Below, piece after piece: positions 9,384 to 18,805 of a stretch of 64,000 nt of DNA. This DNA comes from Candidatus Poribacteria bacterium. GTDB taxonomy: Bacteria; Poribacteria; WGA-4E; WGA-3G. Where the stretch lies: positions 33,945 through 97,944 of the forward strand of contig JAJEDN010000118.1 in the NCBI GenBank assembly GCA_022821495.1, written 5' to 3'. A model generated the notes under the pieces. It did no database searches, was not told the DNA's origin, and was given only the letters and a program-made list of their open reading frames with translations. The position numbers and the translations under genes were made by a program. Each line of letters opens with the position of its first letter. Position 1 is the stretch's first letter.

Positions 9384-10478
9384 TTAATCTGAATATGGGT
9401 CTGCGGCATCGCGGAGGGCATCTCCTAAGAAGTTAAAGGCGATGACAACAACAAGCACCGGCAAAGCTGGGAAGATGAGCCACGGGTAGTGGAGCAGAAC
9501 GGTGACACGCTGCGCCTCTTCTAACAACACTCCCCAACTCGTCATCGGCGGACGGATACCCAATCCTAAGAAGCTGAGTGCGGTCTCCCCCAAAATCATA
9601 CCCGGGATCGCGAGTGTAGCGATAACGATGATATGGCTGTAACATCCGGGTAGCAGATGCTTTGTGATGATGTGCCAATGCCCGGCACCAGCGGCACGCG
9701 CCGCCATAACGAAATCACTTTCCCGATATGCCAAGACCTTTCCACGTACCTGCCGTGCCAATCCACCCCAACGGATAATCGACAAAATGATCGTAATGCC
9801 GAAGTAGATTTGGATGCTCGACCAGCCGGGTGGTAGCGCTGCACCGAGTGCCATCCACAAGGGGATGTCAGGGAACGCTGAAAGGATCTCAATAATACGT
9901 TGGATCAAGTTATCTACCCATCCGCCCCAATATCCAGATATAGTGCCGAGGATAGAACCGAGAACGATGCTTAACAAGACACCGACTAAGCCGAGCGTCA
10001 TCGAGACGCGCGCGCCGTACATAATTCGTGAAAGTAGGTCGCGTCCCATCCGATCGGTACCTAACAGGAACATGGGACCAGCGGAACTAAAGAGATGCCT
10101 TCTGCCCTTCGCATCCTTGAAAAAGAATTCAACAGGGTGGCGTTGCATCAGATCTTTAGTGAATTCCAACTCAAGGCTTTCTGAGTTGCGGACAGATTTC
10201 AAACCGTGAACATAGAATCCATCTGAGAATGAAAAATGGAGACGTTGCGGTGGGACGTGCCGCAGCCGCATGTTGATCTCGTTGTAGTGATACGGAGCGA
10301 AGAAGTCTGCGCCAATAGCGAGGATATAAAAAAGCAGCAAAAGGGCACCCGCGATAACACCCATCCGATTCTTACGGAACCGCCGCCATATCAGTTGACG
10401 GTAACTCAGTTGTCCGCCATCTGCCCAAGGGTCGCCTGCACCCTCAACTTCTTCTGTTATCTCAATTGTAGGTTTCAT
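9384..10478 (-). CDS. Peptide/nickel-type ABC transporter permease (DppC/OppC-like)
   Basis: LGTDRMGRDLLSR, EAA-loop FVMAARAAGA, ETALSFLGLG, NFLGDALRDAADP. Confidence 0.95.
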   Translation of the reverse strand: MKPTIEITEEVEGAGDPWADGGQLSYRQLIWRRFRKNRMGVIAGALLLLFYILAIGADFFAPYHYNEINMRLRHVPPQRLHFSFSDGFYVHGLKSVRNSESLELEFTKDLMQRHPVEFFFKDAKGRRHLFSSAGPMFLLGTDRMGRDLLSRIMYGARVSMTLGLVGVLLSIVLGSILGTISGYWGGWVDNLIQRIIEILSAFPDIPLWMALGAALPPGWSSIQIYFGITIILSIIRWGGLARQVRGKVLAYRESDFVMAARAAGAGHWHIITKHLLPGCYSHIIVIATLAIPGMILGETALSFLGLGIRPPMTSWGVLLEEAQRVTVLLHYPWLIFPALPVLVVVIAFNFLGDALRDAADPYSD

Positions 10479-10621
10479 ATTTTTAACTATTGGGTTTCCG
10501 CTCCGATTTTTCCGTTGTCAAAATCGGGTTTCTGATAAAAAACAGTGAGCAACTGTAGCCTGAACGAAGACGCACTTCAAGGGTCAAATCCACCTAACCG
10601 AACCGCAAGGAAATCTAAAAA

Positions 10622-11608
10622 TCATTCATAGCGAATCCTCGGATCTACCCAAGCAAGGGCTATATCTGCGATCAGGTTCCCGATAACCAAAAGGAGACTC
10701 AACATCATAATCAGCGTACCGGCAAGGTAGATGTCCTCGTTCAACAAACTGTTTAAGAGAATGGGTCCGACCGTCGGCAACCCCAATACAATAGAGACAA
10801 TCGCTGAACCGGAGAGGATACCGGGCAGGCTCATTCCTAAAATACTGATGAGTGGATTAATCGCAATTCGCACCGCGTGCTTACTCACGACGACGATTTC
10901 TTTAAGCCCCTTTGCACGTGCTGTCTGAACAAACGGCTGCCCTAATACATCAAGCAGATTGCCGCGCATGATACGCATTAAACTCGCCGTGCCGTTAATA
11001 CCGACAACAATCACTGGAATCCAGAGGTGTTTAAAAAGATCACCGAGTTTGCCCCATGTCCAGGGCGCGCCCTCATAGTAAGCCGAGAATAATCCGAATA
11101 ACGGAACGTCAAAGATTTCAAACGCAAACACCATCAACGAGAGTGCCAAGAGAAACGCCGGTATTGACATTCCGACAAAACTGAGGAAAGTGAGGAAGTG
11201 GTCTGACCATTTGTATTGGTGCGTGGCGGAATAAATTCCGAGCGGGATAGCGACAATATAGGTGAAAATAAGCGATCCGACAGAAATAATAAGCGTAAAA
11301 GCGATCCGATCCCATATCAGTTCATCGACTTCGCGTTTATATTCAAACGACTCGCCGAAGTTACCGCGAACAAAACCGCTGATCCAGATGAGATAGCGTT
11401 TCCATAAGGGCGCGTTCAATCCGTAGCGTTCACGCAATTCCTCGACTTGTGCCAGCGAGCTGCTATCGCCGAATTCCTCTTCTAACCGTTGGATTTCGCG
11501 GTCGAGGTAATCGCCTTGTGGTAGTTGGATGATAATAAAAGAGATGATAGAAATCGCCAAAAGTGTCGGAACAGCGATGAGACATCGGCGAATGATATAG
11601 GTAATTAT
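10622..11608 (-). CDS. Peptide/nickel-type ABC transporter permease (DppB/OppB-like)
   Basis: GNFGESF, TARAKGL, DPRIRY. The family-typical N-terminus (M)ITYIIRR extends to an ATA codon at 11608 that has an AAGGAG RBS. Confidence 0.93.
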   Translation of the reverse strand: MITYIIRRCLIAVPTLLAISIISFIIIQLPQGDYLDREIQRLEEEFGDSSSLAQVEELRERYGLNAPLWKRYLIWISGFVRGNFGESFEYKREVDELIWDRIAFTLIISVGSLIFTYIVAIPLGIYSATHQYKWSDHFLTFLSFVGMSIPAFLLALSLMVFAFEIFDVPLFGLFSAYYEGAPWTWGKLGDLFKHLWIPVIVVGINGTASLMRIMRGNLLDVLGQPFVQTARAKGLKEIVVVSKHAVRIAINPLISILGMSLPGILSGSAIVSIVLGLPTVGPILLNSLLNEDIYLAGTLIMMLSLLLVIGNLIADIALAWVDPRIRYE

Positions 11609-11629
11609 GGGTGCGTCTCCTTTTTTTAA

Positions 11630-11836
11630 AGTTATCAGTTGTCGGTTGTCGGTTGTCAGAAGAATGGTTGTTAGTTGTTGGTTGTTAGTTGTTGGTTAAG
11701 AGGGGTGTTGTGGCAGTCAGAGGAAAAGTTCCCGACACAAGAGATTAACTTATAACTTATAACCAATAACCATTAACTTCTTTAACTGACAACTGAAAGA
11801 TTTTTTCGCAGAAAAAATCGTACTGACAACTGATAA
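11630..11836. repeat. Heptamer-flanked intergenic element
   Basis: GTTGTCG/GTTGTTA runs on the left, ACTGACA/ACTGATA on the right; hairpin GATTTTTTC-GCA-GAAAAAATC at 11799-11819. Confidence 0.7.
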
Positions 11837-13795
11837 CTATTTCTTAGATATCCAACACTGTTCGGGATAATGGGTTGCGGGTGTTACAATTGCCCAAGGT
11901 CCCAAAATGCCGTCGTTTGGGACATTGTGAAAATGGTTCGCAACGACCAAGAGCGACGGCGAACGCGCTGCAGAACCGAGATGAAAGGGTCCCTCGTCAA
12001 TGTGAATCCTGACTGCATCCCGAACATATTGATGTCGCTGTTTTTCATCGGGTTCGCGCTTAATCGCATCGTATAAGTCAAGCAGCTTCTTCAGCGGACC
12101 CGTAGCAGGCTCACCCTTTTCACCGCCGGTTTCATACCACTTTCCGACTTTGGGATGCCAGTACTTCGGGAGTGTCGGGAACACCCAATCCGGATAAGTA
12201 AAGAGATCCATTTCCGCTTCACCGTGCATGCTGATCGTGAATTTGCCGAGCGTGCGACGTAGACTTAATTCGGCACCCGGCGGTGTATAAAGCAACGTCT
12301 CTAAACCGAGCTGCTCCCACCCCTCCTGAATAATCAACCCGATGTCGTTCTCTTGGCTGTTAAGGTTAGAACTCGGTACATCCATGAGTATCTCAATCCG
12401 TTCGCCATCCGGGCGCAGTCTATAACCGTCCTTATCACGTTCTGTAAGTCCCATTTCATCTAAGAGTCGGTTTCCGGCATCGATATCAAAATCTGCGTCG
12501 GCGCGCTTCCACTCTTCAAAGAGCGTCTGACCATCTTCATCGGCGAAGTGCCATCCCTCTTGGCTGACAGTCGCTGCCTGTGGTTCCAGCAACCCGCGCC
12601 ATGCGATTTCATTACATTTCACGCGGTCGATACCATAAGCGAGTGCCTTGCGGAACCGCTGGTCGCGGATAATTTTTCTTAACACCGGGTCGGGCGCCGT
12701 CCAGTTAATCAGAATAGCGGGTTGTGCACCGGCAGTGCTTTTCCAGCGTCGGACCTTATAGTTTCCCTTCTTTTGTCCTTTCAGATAGAGCGCGAGATCT
12801 CGGAGTTCCATCCCGCGATATTGGCAATCAATCTCACCTGCGAGGATTTTAAGCACACGAACTTGGGGTTCAGGGACTAAGGAGGTTTTGACCTTGTCGA
12901 TGTAAGGGAGTTGTCTGCCGAGTGTATCGACGACGTAGTAATACGGATTTCGTTCAAGTTCGACCCGGAAGCCACCCTTTTCATATTTTGTCACCCGCCA
13001 GGGCCACAACGTCGGACGCTCTGGGTTCTGGTGTGGGATATTTTCTTTCTCAAATCGGATGAAATCGTCATATTTGGGGTTGTGGTCAGGATGGAACTGC
13101 TGCATGTGGTGCGCTGGGATGTTATATTGATTGCACCACCAAAAACCTGTCGCCAACCAAAGGGGCACGAGCCAGTTGGGACCCGCGAATTTCATTACAA
13201 TTGTATAGTCATCGGGCGTTTCGACTTCCATAGGGATGCCGTTGACCTTACACCAGACAGGTGCGCCGTACTTGTGTCGCTCATCAAGACAGAGATCGTA
13301 ATAGTAAGCGAACGAGGCAGAAGTATAAGGATGTCCATCCGACCACTTGACCCCCTTGCGGAGATGCAGTGTTAACATACTGCCGTCTTCGTTAAATTCC
13401 CATGACTCCGCAAGACCGGGTTCCAAACCGGAGGCATCAAACTTCCATCGGATGAGGGGTGCATAGCCTGCCGTCATCTTCCATGTCCCTAAATCTGGAT
13501 GTGTGTGGAACCGGTGCCACGTTCCACCATAGGGACCGGGCGCTTCATACCCGTCGAAATCGGTTTTGGCGACGAGCGGATTTTCGGGGAGCCGTTCCGT
13601 AAGCGGCGGCAGTTTGCCTGCTGCGACCCGTTTTGCCCACATCGGTGCCTCTTTCGCCTCAATCCCGCGTGGAAAATCGGAGAGATCTTCTAACGGGTTC
13701 CCTGAACATCCAACGATGAAAATCAGCGAGATCAACAAGGCTTTATTAATGAGATGCCAGATTGTAATCTGAGATGTTTTTTTCGTTGACATCAC
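11837..13795 (-). CDS. ABC transporter substrate-binding lipoprotein (family 5)
   Basis: Lipobox IVGC, LPPLTERLPENP, LAESWE, LRKGVKWSDGHP, LERNPYY. Confidence 0.93.
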   Translation of the reverse strand: MMSTKKTSQITIWHLINKALLISLIFIVGCSGNPLEDLSDFPRGIEAKEAPMWAKRVAAGKLPPLTERLPENPLVAKTDFDGYEAPGPYGGTWHRFHTHPDLGTWKMTAGYAPLIRWKFDASGLEPGLAESWEFNEDGSMLTLHLRKGVKWSDGHPYTSASFAYYYDLCLDERHKYGAPVWCKVNGIPMEVETPDDYTIVMKFAGPNWLVPLWLATGFWWCNQYNIPAHHMQQFHPDHNPKYDDFIRFEKENIPHQNPERPTLWPWRVTKYEKGGFRVELERNPYYYVVDTLGRQLPYIDKVKTSLVPEPQVRVLKILAGEIDCQYRGMELRDLALYLKGQKKGNYKVRRWKSTAGAQPAILINWTAPDPVLRKIIRDQRFRKALAYGIDRVKCNEIAWRGLLEPQAATVSQEGWHFADEDGQTLFEEWKRADADFDIDAGNRLLDEMGLTERDKDGYRLRPDGERIEILMDVPSSNLNSQENDIGLIIQEGWEQLGLETLLYTPPGAELSLRRTLGKFTISMHGEAEMDLFTYPDWVFPTLPKYWHPKVGKWYETGGEKGEPATGPLKKLLDLYDAIKREPDEKQRHQYVRDAVRIHIDEGPFHLGSAARSPSLLVVANHFHNVPNDGILGPWAIVTPATHYPEQCWISKK

Positions 13796-14790
13796 TAAAC
13801 TCCCTGTAACTCCAATGTATCACTGTGGTGACATGCTACCTGAACCCCCGGGGCAACCGCTCGGAGTTCAGGGGTTTCCTGCTTGCATATATCGGTTGCG
13901 TAACGACATCTCGGATGAAAATAGCACCCCGTCGGCGGTTGCGATGGATCCGGCACATCTCCCTCAAGGCGGATATGTTCACGTTTCCGCTGCGCATTGG
14001 GGTCTGGGAGCGGCACAGCGGATATTAACGCTTCTGTGTAAGGATGCTTCGGCGATTCGTAGAGCGTTTCAGCATCGCTAATCTCAACAATTTTGCCGAG
14101 ATACATAACTGCAACACGGTCACTAATGTGTTCAACGACGCTGAGATCGTGTGCGATAAAGATATAAGAGAGATTGAATTCTTCTCGGAGTTCTGACAAA
14201 AGATTAAGGATTTGCGCTTGGACAGAGACATCTAATGCGGAGACGGGTTCATCGGCGACGATGAGTTCGGGTTGGAGTGCTAACGCGCGCGCGATACCGA
14301 TGCGTTGACGCTGCCCGCCACTAAAGGCGTGTGGGTAGCGACGCATATCTTGGGATCTTAAACCGACAGACTCCAACAGTTCTACAATCCGATCTTGGAG
14401 TGCTGCCCCTTTTTCGATGCGATTGACACGCATCGGCTCCCCAACGATATCTGCCACCGTCATCCGTGGGTTGAGTGAGGCGTGTGGGTCTTGGAAGATC
14501 ATCTGGATGCGTCTACGAAAAGGACGCATCTCTTGATGCGTTAATTTCGCCAGATCTACCTGTTCTTCACCGAAAATGAAACTGCCGCTCGTCGGCGGTA
14601 TTAATCGGAGTAGACAACGCCCGGCAGTCGTCTTTCCACAACCGCTTTCACCGACGAGGCCGAGTGTTTCGCCAGGATTCACGTCGAAACTGATCCCGTC
14701 TACTGCTTTTACATGGCCGACGGTGCGTTGGAAGATCCCTTTCTGTATAGGGAAATACTTTCTAAGATCGTTCACCTGAAGCAATTTCAT
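13795..14790 (-). CDS. Oligopeptide-type ABC ATP-binding protein (OppF/DppF-like)
   Basis: [25 protein letters not shown] and the C-terminal Cys cluster. Confidence 0.96.
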   Translation of the reverse strand: MKLLQVNDLRKYFPIQKGIFQRTVGHVKAVDGISFDVNPGETLGLVGESGCGKTTAGRCLLRLIPPTSGSFIFGEEQVDLAKLTHQEMRPFRRRIQMIFQDPHASLNPRMTVADIVGEPMRVNRIEKGAALQDRIVELLESVGLRSQDMRRYPHAFSGGQRQRIGIARALALQPELIVADEPVSALDVSVQAQILNLLSELREEFNLSYIFIAHDLSVVEHISDRVAVMYLGKIVEISDAETLYESPKHPYTEALISAVPLPDPNAQRKREHIRLEGDVPDPSQPPTGCYFHPRCRYATDICKQETPELRAVAPGVQVACHHSDTLELQGV

Positions 14791-15130
14791 TTTTTAATTA
14801 TACCTTGCGGTTCGGTTAGGCAAATTAGTGAATTTTAATTATACCTTGCGGTTCGGTTAGGCAAATTAGTGAATAATGTCAATCGGCGTATATCCGCCTG
14901 CGCCGTTGTTGCAGGCTACCACTTTGGTTTAATGATTCAAAAAAATATCAAAAAATATACCTTGCGGTTCGGTTAGACAAGTTAGTGAATTTTAATTATA
15001 CCTTGCGGTTCGGTTAGGCGAGTTAATGAATAATGTTAATCGGCGTATATCTGAAGAAACACCCAAGCAAAAACCCTGCGCCGTTGTTGCAGGCTACCGT
15101 TTCGGTTTAATAATTCAAAAAACATCAAAA
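14791..15130. repeat. Nested tandem repeat of the CCTTGCGGTTCGGTTAG element
   Basis: Core at 14803, 14844, 14960 and 15001: a 41-bp unit doubled inside a larger unit that repeats 157 bp later. Confidence 0.85.
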
Positions 15131-15201
15131 TTCCCAAACCCAGCACAAACCCATCGAAAACCTATGCGTAATAGAATAGCGCGCAGTCCAAGCGCAATAA
15201 A

Positions 15202-16236
15202 TCAAAAATCTGTGTGGAGCCAGCATCGTACAGCGTGTGTGTCGTTGTTCGCTTTCTCATCAATTATCTCAAGTTCGGGCATCTGTTCACATTTTGGCAT
15301 CCGTTCGGGACATCGCGGTTGAAAAGAACACCCTGTCGGCAGTGCCAATGGATGCGGCACTGTCCCCGGTATAGAGGGTAAGGTTTTCTGAACCGTTCTA
15401 CCGAGAACCGGGATGGATTTGAGCAATCCCTGTGTGTAGGGATGTAGCGGGTTATAGAAGATGTCATCAACGCTCCCTCTTTCAACGACGCGCCCTGCGT
15501 ACATGACAACAACCTCATCCGCGAGATCGGCGATAACACCGAGGTCGTGCGTGATGAGCATAATTGCCATCCCCATTTCGGCTTGGAGTTCCTGCATGAG
15601 GCCGAGTACCTGTGCTTGGATCGTTACATCAAGTGCGGTTGTGGGTTCGTCCGCGATGAGTAGTGCGGGTGCGCAACAGAGTGCCATTGCGATCATGACG
15701 CGTTGGCGCATACCCCCGGAGAGTTGGTGTGGATATTCATCAACGCGTTGCGTTGGGGCGGGGATACCGACGCGCGTGAGCATCTCAATCGCACGTTCAC
15801 GGGCAATTTTTTTATCAACCTGTTCATGTAGGGCAACCGCTTCGGCAATCTGGTTTCCAACGGTATACACAGGATTGAGCGAGGTCATGGGTTCTTGGAA
15901 AATGATGGCAATTTCGTTGCCGCGGATCTGGCGTATCAACTCACTTTTCGGTGGCACCTGTGTGATGTCCAAGGGTTCACCATCGCCATTGCGATAGAAC
16001 AAAATCTCACCGGCTTCAATCCTGCCCGGTGATGGCACGAGTTGAAGAAGCGAGAGTCCGGTGATACTTTTTCCACAACCGCTTTCACCGACGACGCCTA
16101 CGGTCTGTCCACGTGCAATAGAGAAACTGACATCGTTCACGGCGTTTACAATGCCATCGTCTGTTGGGAAGACTGTCTTTAATCCTGAAATTTCCAGAAG
16201 CGGTTCTTGGTAAGATGTTTCTTGTGATGCGGTCAT
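15202..16236 (-). CDS. Oligopeptide-type ABC ATP-binding protein (OppD/DppD-like)
   Basis: GESGCGKS, LSGGMRQR, IADEPTTALD, HPYT. Confidence 0.96.
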   Translation of the reverse strand: MTASQETSYQEPLLEISGLKTVFPTDDGIVNAVNDVSFSIARGQTVGVVGESGCGKSITGLSLLQLVPSPGRIEAGEILFYRNGDGEPLDITQVPPKSELIRQIRGNEIAIIFQEPMTSLNPVYTVGNQIAEAVALHEQVDKKIARERAIEMLTRVGIPAPTQRVDEYPHQLSGGMRQRVMIAMALCCAPALLIADEPTTALDVTIQAQVLGLMQELQAEMGMAIMLITHDLGVIADLADEVVVMYAGRVVERGSVDDIFYNPLHPYTQGLLKSIPVLGRTVQKTLPSIPGTVPHPLALPTGCSFQPRCPERMPKCEQMPELEIIDEKANNDTHAVRCWLHTDF

Positions 16237-16275
16237 TCTTTTTTGTCACTTTGCGGGTATGCCAGATTTTAGGGT

Positions 16276-16304
16276 ATTATACACAAAAGAGGGATATGTG
16301 TCAA
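16276..16304 (-). promoter_or_regulatory. Consensus sigma70 promoter of the ABC transporter operon
   Basis: Minus strand TTGACA-N17-TATAAT with TG extension, about 40 nt upstream of ATG 16236. Confidence 0.8.
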
Positions 16305-16444
16305 TTTTTTTTGATAGTGATTGTCAGTAATGCGGAGGCGAGGTTTCAAATCCGGGCAGTGGTAGAAAGGATGATGGGACATTTAAATGATGAGGGGCGA
16401 GACACAAAACCTCGCCCCACACATTTACATTTATGAGATATGCA

Positions 16445-17164
16445 CTACAATTCCGTTTTAATGTGATTCCAAAATACAGTCAACTTTTCGCTCGCCGTGT
16501 CTTGCAGGTAATTCGCAACGTTTGTTTCACCCGTTTGTCCGTTGGCATCTACAGTATCCGTGTGCCACATCTTCGATGAATTTCGCGTTGGATTAAAGAA
16601 ATGATTACGCTCACCCTGAACAGCAATTATCGACTGCTGTGACATGCGATGCATCTCCGTTTCTGTTTCGGTATCTTTAATCACCGCCCACGGAGATGTA
16701 GAAATTTTGATGTTATGGAGCATTGTCTTTTTCATTGCCATCAAGCCGGATTCTGGTTCCGGTGGGTTCGTGAAAAATGCGAATTTCATGACAAAACCGG
16801 AAGCGGCGAGGAAAACGAGCAGTGCTGTGGCGTTGACAACCCTTGGAGAGAAATCCAACTTCAATCGTTCGAGACACCACGCCAATGGATTCGCAAAGAA
16901 TGCCAACTGCTGGCGTTGATGGAGTGCTCGGACGCGTTGCTGAATGTTCCCTACCAATTCCGGCGGTGCAGTCGGTTGGTCTGTACTTTCCAGGACACTT
17001 GCAGTGTGCCATAATGCTTCGTACTCGCGCTGACATTCTGGACAGGTTCGGAGATGCTCCAAAACCGCACGCCGCGACGTTCCTGCTGAAACGCGATGCG
17101 TTGTTTCTGTATTTTCTTCCATTACCAAGTGAGGCAAATTGTTAAGCGTTTGTTCGCAATTCAT
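16445..17164 (-). CDS. Zinc-binding (zf-HC2/ZAS) membrane anti-sigma factor
   Basis: N-terminal MNC...HLRTCPECQ (HxxxCxxC), one TM segment; lies downstream of an ECF sigma gene. Confidence 0.82.
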   Translation of the reverse strand: MNCEQTLNNLPHLVMEENTETTHRVSAGTSRRAVLEHLRTCPECQREYEALWHTASVLESTDQPTAPPELVGNIQQRVRALHQRQQLAFFANPLAWCLERLKLDFSPRVVNATALLVFLAASGFVMKFAFFTNPPEPESGLMAMKKTMLHNIKISTSPWAVIKDTETETEMHRMSQQSIIAVQGERNHFFNPTRNSSKMWHTDTVDANGQTGETNVANYLQDTASEKLTVFWNHIKTEL

Positions 17165-17168
17165 TTAA

Positions 17169-17583
17169 TCTTCGGGCAGGAGACCCCATGCTTTAGCTTG
17201 CGGAGGAATGCCCGCTCCTTTTTTTGTTGACAAATGTTCCTAAATCTGCTAAACTCCTAATAGGAAAGTTCGATCACACGAAGTCGTGTGTGAGGTTGTC
17301 CGCAGTCTACGGTGTTAGATACTTTGCGGCGCATAAAACTGAAAAAGTATTTACGCTTTCACCACCATAGACGACAGGAGAGTGCAGGAAAACCTGCACA
17401 TGATGTAATGAACTGCCACAGGTAAAAGCGTGGGTTCGCAAACGCACTCTCAAAAACAAATAGTCAACTTTCGGTTGAGAGGGCTGCTTGGGGCCCTCTG
17501 TGGAGATGGTGTAAGACGCTTCTTCGGAAACGCTACTGTCTACGAAGCACAAGCCCCTGCCTTTAGGCAGTGGGCACCTTGAC
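17169..17583 (+). mobile_element. Non-autonomous IS200/IS605-family derivative (tnpA/tnpB deleted) with omegaRNA-like right end
   Basis: Left hairpin CCCCATGCTTTAGCTTGCGG and right hairpin CCCCTGCCTTTAGGCAGTGGG, ending TTGAC. Preceded by TTTAA; no target duplication. Decayed KTCT*C Zn-finger remnant near 17389. The 3' segment CTGTGGAGATGGTGTAAGAC...CGAAGCACAAGCCCC resembles tnpB 3' ends. Confidence 0.75.
17227..17255 (+). promoter_or_regulatory. sigma70 promoter inside the IS605-derived element, antisense to the sigma operon
   Basis: TTGACA-N17-TAAACT with TG extension. Confidence 0.65.
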
Positions 17584-17595
17584 TGAGACACCTCC

Positions 17596-18153
17596 TTAGA
17601 GATAATATTTGCTCAACTTCCGCTTAAGATTCTTCAGCGCCTGATTCAAGCGCGAGGCGACTGTGCCTTCCGAACACACCAAGATCTCCGCAATTTCCCG
17701 ATACTTGAGGTGTTGCATGTAATATAGCGTGACCACCTCTCGTTGCTTTGGTGGTAACTGATCAATGGCATTTTGAACCATCTCACTCTGCTCAGCTTTA
17801 ATCATTACACGCTCGGGCGAGTCGTGCTCAGCGGGACGCCCTTGGATTTCCGCCTCTTTGGTGTAAGCGGTAAGCTTGCGCTCATTCGATTGCGATTTAC
17901 GAATGTATTGCTGGCATGTATTAATGCCGATACGATATAGCCATGTTCCGAATTGGGATTGAAATTGGAACGTTTTAACGGACTTATATGCCTCCAAAAA
18001 CGTTTCTTGTGTCGCATCAGCGGCATCTTCAGCGTTGCCGAGCATCCTGTATGCAAGCCCATAAATTTTTGAATGATGCCGATTGACGAGCTCGTTAAAT
18101 GCCTCGGCATCGCCCTCTACTGTCTGGTGTACGTACACATCATCAGGAATCAT
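17596..18153 (-). CDS. ECF RNA polymerase sigma factor
   Basis: GDAEAFNELV, DAADATQETF, FGTWLYRI, LPPKQREV, EIAEIL..SEGTVASRL. Confidence 0.95.
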   Translation of the reverse strand: MIPDDVYVHQTVEGDAEAFNELVNRHHSKIYGLAYRMLGNAEDAADATQETFLEAYKSVKTFQFQSQFGTWLYRIGINTCQQYIRKSQSNERKLTAYTKEAEIQGRPAEHDSPERVMIKAEQSEMVQNAIDQLPPKQREVVTLYYMQHLKYREIAEILVCSEGTVASRLNQALKNLKRKLSKYYL

Positions 18154-18273
18154 ATTTTTAATTTACCTTGCGGTTCGGTGAGATTGGTGTGTTATTTGTT
18201 TTGTTGCATCAGAATCAATTTTTCTTCATTTTTTTTATTAAGGGTAAAAAAAAGCAAATGCGTACTGATTTTT

Positions 18274-18747
18274 TCACGATTGATTCTGCGGCGACCGCCA
18301 CGCTTGACAATGTCCGGCAAAGCGTTTTAACGCCCCACTTTTAATGATAATTGCTTCTGGACGTAGGACTGTAGCGTAGGACGTAAGCAGCGCAATTGTG
18401 TCAAGCAGAGAGTTATAGCCTGATATGCCTGACATATCAATGTAAATTTTGCTGAACGGTTCGCCGAGATCCAGTGCTGCTTTAACATCAAAGCCGTCAA
18501 GCACCTCAAAATCGAGTTCGGGGTGCCTCTCTTTCGCCCGTTCAATACATTTGGGACTGATGTCCGTGCCAATAACTTTTTTGCAGTAAGGCGCAATCAG
18601 GGTTGTCGTTGTTCCCCATTCACAGCCGATTTCTAACACGACATCGTCGGCGTTTACCCAGACGGGAATCGTTTCTCGATATTCTTTTACGCCGCGGGTC
18701 GCGACGAAATCGGTATATCCTTCAAATAACTGATTTTGAATCGCCAT
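18274..18747 (-). CDS. Class I SAM-dependent methyltransferase
   Basis: VLEIGCEWG motif I and VIGTDIS motif II. Confidence 0.75.
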   Translation of the reverse strand: MAIQNQLFEGYTDFVATRGVKEYRETIPVWVNADDVVLEIGCEWGTTTTLIAPYCKKVIGTDISPKCIERAKERHPELDFEVLDGFDVKAALDLGEPFSKIYIDMSGISGYNSLLDTIALLTSYATVLRPEAIIIKSGALKRFAGHCQAWRSPQNQS

Positions 18748-18805
18748 AAAAGTTTTTTACAAACATTATTTCATAAATATCAGACGAAATCCAACTACCA
18801 AAGGT

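Noticed and set aside
14791-15130. Possible CRISPR array of CCTTGCGGTTCGGTTAG repeats
   Set aside because: The intervening sequences are themselves duplicated and spacing alternates between 41 and 116 bp.
17307-17591. 94-aa minus-strand ORF between sigma and anti-sigma
   Set aside because: It reads through the IS right-end hairpin (PLPKGRGL) in antisense and its GTG overlaps the RBS, so it is not a credible protein.
17596-18153. RNA-guided sigma factor system (dCas12f/TnpB-sigmaE type)
   Set aside because: No TnpB or Cas12f coding sequence is present and the sigma has a conventional anti-sigma partner. The omegaRNA-like sequence is explained by the insertion.
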